This document shows positions 38,520-48,341 of a stretch of 64,000 nucleotides of DNA, in pieces. The notes under the pieces were generated by a model. It ran no database searches. It was not told the DNA's origin and saw only the letters and a list, made by a program, of their open reading frames with translations. This stretch comes from a virus (taxonomy: Duplodnaviria > Caudoviricetes). Made by a program: the position numbers and the translations under genes. The stretch covers positions 1-64,000 of the IMG/VR virus record IMGVR_UViG_3300037067_003527. One strand, given 5' to 3'. Each line of letters opens with the position of its first letter. Within the stretch, counting starts at the first letter, position 1.

Positions 38520-38527
38520 TATAAATA
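38520..38527 (+). promoter_or_regulatory. T4-type late promoter, 5 nt before ATG 38533
   Basis: TATAAATA-ATAAC-ATG. Confidence 0.5.
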
Positions 38528-38532
38528 ATAAC

Positions 38533-39063
38533 ATGAAAATAATATCTTATTATACTAAAGGAACACCATACGAACTTGATGGTTTATCATTAAAAAAAAC
38601 ATTAACTCAATTTCAATTAGATTTTGAAATAAAAAACGTATCATCACTTAGTTCAACAAAAGAAAATAGAAAACAAAAAAGTAAAATAATATTAGATGAA
38701 ATGTATAATTTATCAAACGGAAATATATTAGTATATTTAGATATAAACGCTAGATTAACAAATATTCCAACGTTATTAACATCCGTTAATTATGATATAT
38801 CATATCATTATATTGAACCGTTACAAAAGATATTAACTAATACATTATATTTTAATATAAATGAAACAACTAAAAATATTGTAAAACAATGGGTAACATT
38901 AAATGAGGATAATGATTTAAGTGAACAATTTAATTTTCAAACAGTTATTAAAAATAATACAAATTTAAACTCATATATATTACCATCTAATTATTGTTTT
39001 ATTAATAATAATTGGCAAAAAAAACAACTTAATAATACGTTACCTATTATATCATATATATAA
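38533..39063 (+). CDS. GT-A-like nucleotide-diphospho-sugar transferase (DxD degenerate)
   Basis: IISYYT..TPYE, K.KII, VYLDINA in place of DxD, SEQ.NFQ, LPSNYCFI. Confidence 0.6.
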   Translation: MKIISYYTKGTPYELDGLSLKKTLTQFQLDFEIKNVSSLSSTKENRKQKSKIILDEMYNLSNGNILVYLDINARLTNIPTLLTSVNYDISYHYIEPLQKILTNTLYFNINETTKNIVKQWVTLNEDNDLSEQFNFQTVIKNNTNLNSYILPSNYCFINNNWQKKQLNNTLPIISYI

Positions 39064-39066
39064 ATA
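39059..39066 (+). promoter_or_regulatory. T4-type late promoter upstream of the lysis cassette
   Basis: TATAAATA(ATA) followed by an AAGGA RBS. Confidence 0.6.
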
Positions 39067-39086
39067 ATAAATAAAGGATAAATCAT

Positions 39087-39437
39087 ATGCTTACTAAACA
39101 TTGGAATATATCATCAACTGGGTCTACCATAATATCAGTAACTAAATCAATAGGTGATTATAATGCTATTTTTTCACCAACAGCATTAATTATTAATGTT
39201 GGTGGGAGTGCAGATATATATTTTAAAATGTTATCTGAAAATGATACGGTAGATGAAAGTTTATCTGATGGAATATTATTAGTTCACGGAAAAGAATATC
39301 AATTTGATATATTAAAAGACCCTATTTATAGTATCAATATAACATCAAGTGGTACTCCTTCAGTTACACTTAGTGCATATAGGTATATTAAAACAAGAGA
39401 AATTAATTATAACGGTATTCCTACAAATGGAATTTAA
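39087..39437 (+). CDS. Small beta-rich hypothetical (possible virion) protein
   Basis: Ser/Thr-rich 116 aa ORF with RBS. Confidence 0.65.
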   Translation: MLTKHWNISSTGSTIISVTKSIGDYNAIFSPTALIINVGGSADIYFKMLSENDTVDESLSDGILLVHGKEYQFDILKDPIYSINITSSGTPSVTLSAYRYIKTREINYNGIPTNGI

Positions 39438-39439
39438 GA

Positions 39440-39715
39440 ATGAGAAAAAAGAAGATTAAATTTCAAGACGTTCATCAAGTTGAATTACAAATAAAAAAAG
39501 ATGATGAGGTAAGAAAACGTATAGAAATTTGGTTTAATTGGGGTATTAAAAATTTACCTATTATTGGATTATTAATAATTTTAAGTTTTGCTGTAATAGG
39601 ATCTGGTATTTGGGGTTTTAATAAACTTAAAAATAATCCAGAAGAATTAATCAATTTAATAACTGGTAAAAACACAGCGCATAAAACATATATACACCCT
39701 AAAGGAGCACACTAA
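39440..39715 (+). CDS. Single-TM membrane protein (lysis cassette)
   Basis: Hydrophobic stretch LPIIGLLIILSFAVIGSGIWGF. Confidence 0.7.
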   Translation: MRKKKIKFQDVHQVELQIKKDDEVRKRIEIWFNWGIKNLPIIGLLIILSFAVIGSGIWGFNKLKNNPEELINLITGKNTAHKTYIHPKGAH

Positions 39716-39954
39716 TGAAAAAATTTTCATTAGAAAAACTAACTACTCCTATATTAGCGTTTATAACAATACTAGCAGTGTTTATTATATTTTGGAAAAT
39801 AATGTCTAATCAAATTAATCCTGAAAATAAAGATATTATAATTTATTTACTTGGTGTATTATCTGGTGTACTAACTATGATAATTAGTTATTATTTTGGA
39901 AGTAGTAATCAATTTAACGAAAATACTGATAAAAACGAGAAAAACAATGATTGA
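39715..39954 (+). CDS. Putative holin (2 TM)
   Basis: Two TM helices, IISYYFGSS motif, charged tail; overlaps the endolysin start. Confidence 0.7.
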   Translation: MKKFSLEKLTTPILAFITILAVFIIFWKIMSNQINPENKDIIIYLLGVLSGVLTMIISYYFGSSNQFNENTDKNEKNND

Positions 39955-40543
39955 AAAAATTAAACAATTATTCAAACAAAAAAATTATTCATTATTTGAA
40001 AATGATTCAAAACCTTTTAATTTAAATATTATAGGAATTAGAAATTTAGATAAAGTAAATTCATTTGATGATACATTACTAGTAACATGGAAATATAATA
40101 ATAAGTGGTCTGAATTACAATTTTCTATTACAACAGAACCTGGATTATATTGGTTACAAAATCCTGAAAATAATAAAGGTACTGCTATATTAAAAGAAGG
40201 TCAATATAAAGGATTATGGGAATTAGGATTACATAAAGGTAAATATAAAGCATTAGTTCAAAAATCATCTTGTACAGTATTAAGAGATTCAAATAAAGAT
40301 GATAAATTTGATACTGATAAAGTTGTTGAAGATACTGGATTATTTGGAATAAATTGTCATAGAGCAAATGAAAAACAAGAATCAACTCAAGTTGAAAAAT
40401 GGTCTGCTGGTTGTCAAGTATTTGCAAATCCATTTGAATTTGAATTATTTATAAACATATGCGAACAATCTATAAATAATAGTAAATTTAATAATAGTTT
40501 TACATATACACTTATTAATATAAAAGACATACAAGGAATTTAA
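39947..40543 (+). CDS. Putative endolysin (HRA...WSAGCQV, L,D-transpeptidase-like Cys/His)
   Basis: LNIIGIR, FDD, TTEPG, GTAILKEGQY, GINCHRA, WSAGCQV; lies between holin-like genes. Start moved to ATG 39947. Confidence 0.78.
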   Translation: MIEKIKQLFKQKNYSLFENDSKPFNLNIIGIRNLDKVNSFDDTLLVTWKYNNKWSELQFSITTEPGLYWLQNPENNKGTAILKEGQYKGLWELGLHKGKYKALVQKSSCTVLRDSNKDDKFDTDKVVEDTGLFGINCHRANEKQESTQVEKWSAGCQVFANPFEFELFINICEQSINNSKFNNSFTYTLINIKDIQGI

Positions 40544-40549
40544 TAAAAA

Positions 40550-40978
40550 ATGTCGTCTACTGCAATTACTATAATAACAATATTAGCAACATCTGTAGCT
40601 GGATTAGTAGTTAAAATAATTTGGGATTGGCTTAATTCAGCTAAAAAAAATTCTAGAAGTGATTTCAAAGAACTTAAAGATGAAATTTCTAAACTAGCTG
40701 AACGTTTTGAAAAATCTGTATCTAAAATTGAAGAAAAATTTGAAAATCTAATAAAAGAATACGTTAGAGATACTAAATCAAATATAGATGATATATATGA
40801 AAAAGTAAGTGAATTAGATAAACATATAATAAAATTACAAACAGAAGTAACAATGTCAACATCTCAATTATCAGAAGTTGTTAAAAGAACAAATGAATTA
40901 GAAATTGCTACATCTATTTCTAAAAATAATACAAATAGAATTGATACATTAGAAAAAGAAATTCGGAGTAAACAATAA
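40550..40978 (+). CDS. N-terminal TM plus coiled-coil protein (holin accessory or spanin-like)
   Basis: One TM helix then heptad-rich sequence; directly after the endolysin. Confidence 0.65.
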   Translation: MSSTAITIITILATSVAGLVVKIIWDWLNSAKKNSRSDFKELKDEISKLAERFEKSVSKIEEKFENLIKEYVRDTKSNIDDIYEKVSELDKHIIKLQTEVTMSTSQLSEVVKRTNELEIATSISKNNTNRIDTLEKEIRSKQ

Positions 40979-41397
40979 TGATTTCTGTTCTTATCATTGA
41001 AGATTCTAAAAATATAGCTACTATTTATCATGATATAATTGAAGATATATTAAAAAATAAACAAGAACAATATATTATAAATATGGTAAGTAATTCAAAT
41101 GATTATAATAATAAATTTTTACATACAACTTATAATTTAATAATATCTGATTGGTTTATAGACAATAATGAAACTGCTGATACTATTTTACTAAATATAA
41201 AATATAAACCACATGTTATTTTAATATCAGGTTTTATTAATAAAATGAATGATAAAATTTCGTTGTTAAAAAAAATGAATATAATTAACGAACTTTATCA
41301 AAAACCAGTACTTGTATATGGGGACAATGGATTAGAACAAATTTTTACAACAGCTATTAATACCATTATCACAGGTACGACATGTGAAAAAACTTAA
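40978..41397 (+). CDS. Stand-alone response-regulator receiver (CheY-like) protein
   Basis: VLIIED, LIISD (phosphoacceptor Asp), VILISG, QKP. Confidence 0.85.
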   Translation: MISVLIIEDSKNIATIYHDIIEDILKNKQEQYIINMVSNSNDYNNKFLHTTYNLIISDWFIDNNETADTILLNIKYKPHVILISGFINKMNDKISLLKKMNIINELYQKPVLVYGDNGLEQIFTTAINTIITGTTCEKT

Positions 41398-42214
41398 ATA
41401 TTTTTTATTAACAATATTTGAAAAAAACATTATAATAATAAAAATAATACTAGACATATTCATATATGTATATATATTTAAATGGTTTAGTATCATATAC
41501 ATGATACCAAATATTGTAATATTAATAATGATATTACGTAATAAAGACCACATAAATAAATTTTTAAAAGACGTATCAAAAGAAGAAAAAGATTTTAAAA
41601 AAATTATTTATGATAGTAGATTTATTCAATTAGAAAATGAAATTAAAATTCTACAAGAATTTACTGGTTTTAGACCAATATATATATTTAAAATTTTATT
41701 TATGATAATAGGTATAATATTAATATCATTATTAAGCATACTACTATATAGCATAATAAACAATTCAATTTTTATATATAATACAATATTTATTATAATT
41801 AGTATATTAATATTTGGATATATAGTAATTATGATATGTATATATCTATTCATTTGGGGAAAAAAGAAAAACGAATTTTGTTTATCTTGTAATAGAATAA
41901 AAATATCAGATAATGTATATGATAATGAAGGACATATTATTAAAAAAGCACAATGGAAATCATTAAATGAATTTGGTAATTTTTCACATGGGTTGTGTGA
42001 TGAATGTGCTAATGCTTTTATGGATAAAAACGTTATGGTTAAATCTGTAAAAATAGGTATGTTGCTTGTAAATAAAAATTTAATAACTAAAGAACAATTA
42101 GATGCTGCTATTAACTATCAAAAATCATTAAGAAATAAACGTATAGGTGATATATTAGTTGATAAGAAATTTATTGATAGATATGAGTTAGAAAAAGCTA
42201 TAAATAATATATAA
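41384..42214 (+). CDS. Membrane protein (about 4 TM) with Cys/His metal site and C-terminal MshEN-like domain
   Basis: CLSC.RIK...W...FSHGLCDEC; KIGMLLVNKNLITKEQLDAAINYQ + KSLRNK + RIGDILVDKKFIDRYELEKAI. GTG start. Confidence 0.8.
   Translation: MKKLKYFLLTIFEKNIIIIKIILDIFIYVYIFKWFSIIYMIPNIVILIMILRNKDHINKFLKDVSKEEKDFKKIIYDSRFIQLENEIKILQEFTGFRPIYIFKILFMIIGIILISLLSILLYSIINNSIFIYNTIFIIISILIFGYIVIMICIYLFIWGKKKNEFCLSCNRIKISDNVYDNEGHIIKKAQWKSLNEFGNFSHGLCDECANAFMDKNVMVKSVKIGMLLVNKNLITKEQLDAAINYQKSLRNKRIGDILVDKKFIDRYELEKAINNI
42199..42206 (+). promoter_or_regulatory. T4-type late promoter
   Basis: TATAAATA(ATA) upstream of the AGGAG RBS of 42240. Confidence 0.5.
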
Positions 42215-42239
42215 TATAATTTTTTGTTAGGAGTACATA

Positions 42240-42530
42240 ATGAATCAAGTAAAACCTTTTTTCAAAAAGTTCAAAGTACAAGTAGCTACTATAGGTATAG
42301 TAATAGAAGTAATTCTTGCTGTAATATCTGCTTTCGTATCACCAGAAATAACTGCTACTATTAAAAGTTTAATGATTGGAATTGTAACTATCATTTCAGT
42401 TGTAATTGGTGGACATACAGTTACTGATGTTGCAACTCAATTAAAATCAGGTGAAGATAAAGGAAAAGAATTAGCAAACGTAGTATCTTCAACAATAGAA
42501 GACGGAAAGAAACTAACTTCTAAAAAATGA
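42240..42530 (+). CDS. Second holin-like protein (2 TM)
   Basis: KPFFKK basic start, two TM helices, GG..VTD, charged tail. Confidence 0.65.
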   Translation: MNQVKPFFKKFKVQVATIGIVIEVILAVISAFVSPEITATIKSLMIGIVTIISVVIGGHTVTDVATQLKSGEDKGKELANVVSSTIEDGKKLTSKK

Positions 42531-43159
42531 ACATTAGTAAGTTAAAAATAGACGTTCCTGAAATAACTATAATTGCTTCAGGAACATCTATTAATACTAT
42601 ACCAAAATCATTTTTCGAGTATATGAAATCTAGAAGTTATGTTATAGGATTAAATTATTCATCATGCTACTTTACAGAAAAAGAATTACATGCTATATGG
42701 TGGAGTGATATTAACGTATCTTCTTGGTTAGATACATATCATACTAATAAACCTAACCTTGTATTAATAAGTAGAGAAGAAGCGTTTTTAGTAAATCATT
42801 TTACAAAATTATATGATTGGGTTGATTATTTTTTTAATACAGATGAATCAAATATAAATTATACAATTGCTTGGGTATTACAAAATGTAAGAAAATTAAA
42901 TCCTTTATCTACTATTAATATTTTTGGATTAGATGGATATGGTAATGGTAAATGGTATGATACATATATTAGTTGGGATGAACATAGACGAGGAAAAACA
43001 TATAACATACAAAAAAATATACAACAATCTTTTAATAATATTATAAAAACAATTTCACCAAAAAATATTATCAATTATAATATTCATAGTACATTAGATT
43101 ATTTTTCTAAAAGAGATTGGAAGGAATTAGAAAATGAATATATTACATTTATCAAATAG
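42527..43159 (+). CDS. MAF/sialyltransferase-like Rossmannoid transferase; paralog of 37885
   Basis: IIASGTSI...GLN...WSD...INIFGLDG.GNGKWYD. Confidence 0.6.
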   Translation: MNISKLKIDVPEITIIASGTSINTIPKSFFEYMKSRSYVIGLNYSSCYFTEKELHAIWWSDINVSSWLDTYHTNKPNLVLISREEAFLVNHFTKLYDWVDYFFNTDESNINYTIAWVLQNVRKLNPLSTINIFGLDGYGNGKWYDTYISWDEHRRGKTYNIQKNIQQSFNNIIKTISPKNIINYNIHSTLDYFSKRDWKELENEYITFIK

Positions 43160-44066
43160 TTTAATGGCGGGCGCGCCATCTAATTTATCATCAATTATAA
43201 ACAAGTATACAGAACATAAATCATGTTGTATATGTGAAAGAACATTTCCAAATAAAGATTTAAATAAATTATATTGGAATTATGATTATATACATCCAAC
43301 TGATAATATTTTACAAGAAAAAATAGAATGGTCTGATATTATACATTTTCATAATAAACCAACATTTAGAAATATAAAAACATATCATAAAAAAACATGT
43401 TTACAATTTCATTCTCAACCAGAACATCACGGAACATATATTCCATATCAAACATATAAAGAATTCAATAACAAAAAATTAGTAGTAGGTAATTATCAAA
43501 CTAGATATTATACAGATGCAATTATAGTTCCTAATATGATTGATATATGGGATGAACTATATACACCAGAAATAAAAGATAAAGATACAATATCTATAAT
43601 ATTTAGTTATGCATGGGAACAAATAAATTCTTGGAGTGATAAAGGAAGTAGATTTATAATACCAATACTTGAAAAATTACAAAAAGAATTTTCAAACGTA
43701 AAAACATATTGTATAACAAATACGCCATTTAATGAATTAATGAAAATTAAGAAAACATGCGATATAGTAATTGATGATATAATAACAGGGGCTGCTCATT
43801 TATCTTCATTTGAAGGATTATCAGTTGGGTCAGTTGTGTTTAATAATATAGATATATACACTAAACAAACAATTTCTTCTTTATCTTCACCTGACATACC
43901 ATTCATAAAATCATCACCATCAACATTATACAACTATTTACAATGTTGTTGTAGAGATATACAACATTGTAAACAAAACGGTATAAATAATAGAGAATGG
44001 ATAGAAAAACATTTTGATCCTAAAAAATTAGTTGATTACTATATTAAGTTTTACAATACATTATAA
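43134..44066 (+). CDS. GT-B (GT4-like) glycosyltransferase
   Basis: MNILHL, DIIHFH, DKGS, CDIVIDD, SFEGLSVG. Confidence 0.75.
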   Translation: MNILHLSNSLMAGAPSNLSSIINKYTEHKSCCICERTFPNKDLNKLYWNYDYIHPTDNILQEKIEWSDIIHFHNKPTFRNIKTYHKKTCLQFHSQPEHHGTYIPYQTYKEFNNKKLVVGNYQTRYYTDAIIVPNMIDIWDELYTPEIKDKDTISIIFSYAWEQINSWSDKGSRFIIPILEKLQKEFSNVKTYCITNTPFNELMKIKKTCDIVIDDIITGAAHLSSFEGLSVGSVVFNNIDIYTKQTISSLSSPDIPFIKSSPSTLYNYLQCCCRDIQHCKQNGINNREWIEKHFDPKKLVDYYIKFYNTL

Positions 44067-44082
44067 GGATATAAATAATTTC

Positions 44083-44898
44083 ATGAATATAAAATTTCCA
44101 TTTAAAAAAGATCAACGATATTATGATTTACATTATAAATATATATTAAATATTTTACTATATGATAAAAATAATGTAATAACATTTACAGACGAAACAC
44201 CAATATCAAATACAGCCTTTATATGTTATATGAATAATAATAAAGTAATTTTTGATTTTTCAGATAGTAGTGATTTATGTATAAATACTACAATATATCC
44301 TATTTTTAAATTTCATTATGAGTATAATAAAAACTATACAAAAAATGTATATCCTATCACGCCTATTTCTTTTTATAATTGGAGTGAATTTTTTATTAAT
44401 AGTAAACAAATAATATACAACCATAAAAATACTGTATTACATAATCAACGTTCATATGGTAATGCTATAGAAAGAAGAAATTTAGTAAAAAACATATTAC
44501 AAAACAGTATATATTCTAATATTATAGATACTACTATAACTAATCAACAACAATATTGGAATAAAATAAATATAGCATTAGTATCTATTTGTGTTCCTGG
44601 ATTTTGTAATAATATGTTGGATAGAGGTCAATTACAATATATAGGATTTGGTTGTCCAACTATATCTCCATATATACCAGAAATATTTTCATATACTAGT
44701 TGTTTAATTCCAGACGTTCATTATATAAAATGTAACAATGATTATTCTGATATATTAGAAAAAATAGATTGGTGTATTCATCACACTCAAAAATGTATTC
44801 AAATTGGAGATAATGCTAAAGAATGGTTTAATAATACTAGTACTCCAGATAAATTAAATAATTGGATATATAATGTAGTAAATGAATTCTATAAATAA
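44083..44898 (+). CDS. Glycosyltransferase (GT90 / exostosin-like)
   Basis: RR.LV, ICVPGF, DRGQLQYIGFGCP, LIPDVHYIKC..DYSDILEKIDW...IG.NA. Start moved to ATG 44083. Confidence 0.7.
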   Translation: MNIKFPFKKDQRYYDLHYKYILNILLYDKNNVITFTDETPISNTAFICYMNNNKVIFDFSDSSDLCINTTIYPIFKFHYEYNKNYTKNVYPITPISFYNWSEFFINSKQIIYNHKNTVLHNQRSYGNAIERRNLVKNILQNSIYSNIIDTTITNQQQYWNKINIALVSICVPGFCNNMLDRGQLQYIGFGCPTISPYIPEIFSYTSCLIPDVHYIKCNNDYSDILEKIDWCIHHTQKCIQIGDNAKEWFNNTSTPDKLNNWIYNVVNEFYK

Positions 44899-44921
44899 CA
44901 ATAAAAGACAGAGGATATTAT

Positions 44922-45566
44922 ATGTTAATAAGTATTACAATACCAACATTAAAAACAAAAGAACAACTTAAATCATTAATACAAGAAATAACTAATAATA
45001 CACATGATGTTGAATATGAATTAATATATTCATGTATACAACAATCAGCGGCAAAAAATAGAAATTGGTGCATAGATAATTCTAAAGGAGATATCATCAT
45101 TCAAATGGATGATGATATGACAGGATTTTATGAAGGATGGTGTTCATCATTAATTAAACCGTTAATAGATACTCCAGAAAAATATTCTATAGTTGCATCT
45201 AGATTACTTGATAAAAATAAAAATATAGGACCAATGTTAGGAGATGGTAATAATAAATTAAACATAAATGAACCATATGTAAAAGCTATACACACCAAAG
45301 AAACAGGATTAAATTTAGTATGTTCTGCTTGTATTGCTTTTAAACGATGTAATGTTAGATTCTGTGAAGACTTTTTAGGTGCAACATACGAAGATTCTTA
45401 TTTTGCTTTTGAAATGAATAAAGCATTTCCAGATAAAATTGTGATTATAAATAATTTATGTAAACTAATTCATTTAGGTGAAAGTAAAGGTAGACAAGTA
45501 GGAGGAGTTAATGCTTGGGCTCATAATAGAAAATTATTTCATAAATTAACAGGAATTTATATATAA
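44922..45566 (+). CDS. GT2 glycosyltransferase
   Basis: ISITIPT, SAAKNRN, QMDDD, YEDS; TATAAATA at 44890 and GAGG RBS upstream. Confidence 0.85.
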   Translation: MLISITIPTLKTKEQLKSLIQEITNNTHDVEYELIYSCIQQSAAKNRNWCIDNSKGDIIIQMDDDMTGFYEGWCSSLIKPLIDTPEKYSIVASRLLDKNKNIGPMLGDGNNKLNINEPYVKAIHTKETGLNLVCSACIAFKRCNVRFCEDFLGATYEDSYFAFEMNKAFPDKIVIINNLCKLIHLGESKGRQVGGVNAWAHNRKLFHKLTGIYI

Positions 45567-45568
45567 TA

Positions 45569-46510
45569 ATGAATATAACATCTAAAATATACGTAGCAGG
45601 ACATACTGGTCTTGTTGGTAGTGCTTTAATAAGAAAACTTATCAAATATGGTTATACAAATATAATAACTAAAACACATAAAGAATTAGATTTAATAAAT
45701 CAACAAGATGTAGATAATTTTTTTAATACAGAAAAACCAGAATACGTATTTTTATCAGCTGCTATGGTTGGTGGTATATTAGCAAATAATACATATAAAG
45801 CAGATTTTATATATAATAATCTTATGATAGAATCTAATGTATTATTTAGTTCTTATAAACATAATGTTGAGAAATTAATTTTCTTAGGTTCGTCTTGTAT
45901 TTATCCTAAAAACTGTTCTCAACCTATAAAAGAAGAATATTTATTAACAGGTGAATTAGAATCAACTAATGAACCATATGCAGTATCTAAAATAGCAGGT
46001 ATTAAATTATGTGAAAGTTTTAATTATCAATATAATACTAAATTTATACCTGTAATGCCAACTAATTTATATGGTATAAATGATAATTTTGATTTACAAA
46101 ACAGTCATGTATTACCAGCATTAATTAGAAAAATACACGAAGCAAAATGTAATAATACAAACGTTACTATATGGGGAGATGGTTCAGCATTACGAGAATT
46201 TTTATATGTAGATGATTTAGCAGATGCTTTAATATTTATAATGGAAAAATATAATGATACATCTATTATTAATATAGGAACAGGAAAAGAAATTTCTATA
46301 AAAAATTTAGTACATATGATTAGTTATATTATTAATTACGATTGTGAAATTATATTTGATACTACTAAACCAAATGGTACACTTAGAAAAATATTAGATG
46401 TTACTAAATTAACAAATTTAGGATGGAATTGTACAACAGATATAATAACAGGTATTGAACAAACATATACTTGGTTTAAAAATAATTATAATACAATAAG
46501 GGGTAAGTAA
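45569..46510 (+). CDS. fcl: GDP-L-fucose synthase
   Basis: AGHTGLVGSA, VGGILAN, LGSSCIYPK, NEPYAVSK, PTNLYG, SHVLPAL, REFLYVDD. Confidence 0.97.
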   Translation: MNITSKIYVAGHTGLVGSALIRKLIKYGYTNIITKTHKELDLINQQDVDNFFNTEKPEYVFLSAAMVGGILANNTYKADFIYNNLMIESNVLFSSYKHNVEKLIFLGSSCIYPKNCSQPIKEEYLLTGELESTNEPYAVSKIAGIKLCESFNYQYNTKFIPVMPTNLYGINDNFDLQNSHVLPALIRKIHEAKCNNTNVTIWGDGSALREFLYVDDLADALIFIMEKYNDTSIINIGTGKEISIKNLVHMISYIINYDCEIIFDTTKPNGTLRKILDVTKLTNLGWNCTTDIITGIEQTYTWFKNNYNTIRGK

Positions 46511-47364
46511 TGAAAATTGGTTTATTTTATAAAATGCCTAATAGAATGGTAGGATGTTGGAAGGTTGCTAATAATTTAATTAGAGGATTACAACAACTTA
46601 ATATTCAAGTTTCTGAAAATAAAATTGAAGAATATAATGGGTCTATACATGGTAGTATAACAGAATTTGAAAATAGAACATTACCAAAAAATACTTTAAT
46701 TGGACCAGAAATAATGGTGTTACCAACTGATATGTCATGGGTATGGCAAACATGGAATAATTTAGTACAACCATCTCAATGGGTAGTAGATTATATGAGA
46801 ACATTTCCTATTACTAAAAATAATAAATTATGGGTATGGTCAGTTGGTATAGATACAAATCAATTTAATGATGATAATAAGAACATAACTACAGATTGTT
46901 TTATATATTATAAAAATGTAACTCATCAAACTCCTATATCTAAACTAAATAATGTTACTAATGTATTAAAATCAAAAAATATATCATATAAAGTAATTGA
47001 ATATGGTAATTATAATGAAGACCAATTAAAACAATTATGTAAAACATGTAAATTTTGTATTATGCTTTGTGGTACTGAAAGTCAAGGTATTGCTTATATG
47101 GAAATATTATCTTCAGGTGTACCAATGTATGTTATAGATGAAAAAACATTCAAATATTCTTCATTCACATTTACAAATGATAATGTATCTTCTGCTCCAT
47201 ATTTTAATAATGAATGTGGTATAAAAACAACTGATATTAACAGTCTAGATTTATTTATAAATAATTTAGACAAGTATAATCCAAGAAAATATATACTTGA
47301 AAATCATACATTAAAAATTGGTGCTCAAAAATATGTAGATATACTACTTCAAATAGGGAAATAA
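46510..47364 (+). CDS. GT-B-like glycosyltransferase
   Basis: PSQWV, VGIDT, IYYK, YGNY, ESQGIAYMEILSSGVP. Confidence 0.75.
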   Translation: MKIGLFYKMPNRMVGCWKVANNLIRGLQQLNIQVSENKIEEYNGSIHGSITEFENRTLPKNTLIGPEIMVLPTDMSWVWQTWNNLVQPSQWVVDYMRTFPITKNNKLWVWSVGIDTNQFNDDNKNITTDCFIYYKNVTHQTPISKLNNVTNVLKSKNISYKVIEYGNYNEDQLKQLCKTCKFCIMLCGTESQGIAYMEILSSGVPMYVIDEKTFKYSSFTFTNDNVSSAPYFNNECGIKTTDINSLDLFINNLDKYNPRKYILENHTLKIGAQKYVDILLQIGK

Positions 47365-47369
47365 AAATA

Positions 47370-48341
47370 ATGTTAGATTGGAATAATCCAGATAAAATAA
47401 CTACAGAAACATCAATAATAGTTAAAGATGATTTCATATATAAACACGGGTGTTCTAAATATATAGACAGAGAATATACGTGTTTAAATATGTTAAAATA
47501 TTCTGGATATGTACCTAAAGTAAAAAGACTTGATAAAAATACATTAGAAATAGAAAAAATAAATCAAACACTAATAACAAATGAAGAAGAATGGTTTAAT
47601 CATTATGAAAAAGTATTATTAGTTTTAAATGATTCAAATATTATACACGGTGATTTAACAATGTATAATATTATACCTAATAATAACAAACCATACATTA
47701 TTGATTTTAGTGAAGCAATATTTAATACAGAAAACAAAAATCCTAAACGACCAGAACCTGATTCAATATTATTATTTAGAAATATGATTTATCATTTTGA
47801 AAATAAAAAATATCCTGTTTTCTATAATAGTAGAGTACCAGAAATTTGGTATCACATTAAAAAAACACTATCTAAAAATAATAAATTAACATTTATAGAT
47901 TTAGGTTGTGGTATGGGTGATTTATCTATTAGAACTATGATTGATTATAATTATACTGGAATATTAGTTGAAAAAGAGTTAATGTTAATTAATGATATTA
48001 TTAAAAAAACACAAAATTTAAGTTTACCATATATCATGGAAAATATGGATATTTTAAATTTCATTAAACAAAATAAAAAAGCAAATATTATGTATTGTTG
48101 TTCAGTATTACCATATTTCACTAAAGAAGAACAACAATCGATATTAAAATATATGTGTAATAATAGTGATGTATCATATATTGAAATTCAATATTATTTA
48201 GATGGACCAGGAACTATAAAAAATGACGATGAATGTAAAACAGTATTACATCAAAGTGGTTTTAATAGTATAGAAGATATAGGTTCAACATATATTGATT
48301 ATAGAAATATGTATAGAAAAATTTGGAAGTGTACAAAATGA
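47370..48341 (+). CDS. Kinase (RIO/Kdo-kinase-like) - class I SAM methyltransferase fusion
   Basis: IIHGDLTMYNII and IIDFSEA kinase motifs; FIDLGCGMG SAM motif. Confidence 0.82.
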   Translation: MLDWNNPDKITTETSIIVKDDFIYKHGCSKYIDREYTCLNMLKYSGYVPKVKRLDKNTLEIEKINQTLITNEEEWFNHYEKVLLVLNDSNIIHGDLTMYNIIPNNNKPYIIDFSEAIFNTENKNPKRPEPDSILLFRNMIYHFENKKYPVFYNSRVPEIWYHIKKTLSKNNKLTFIDLGCGMGDLSIRTMIDYNYTGILVEKELMLINDIIKKTQNLSLPYIMENMDILNFIKQNKKANIMYCCSVLPYFTKEEQQSILKYMCNNSDVSYIEIQYYLDGPGTIKNDDECKTVLHQSGFNSIEDIGSTYIDYRNMYRKIWKCTK

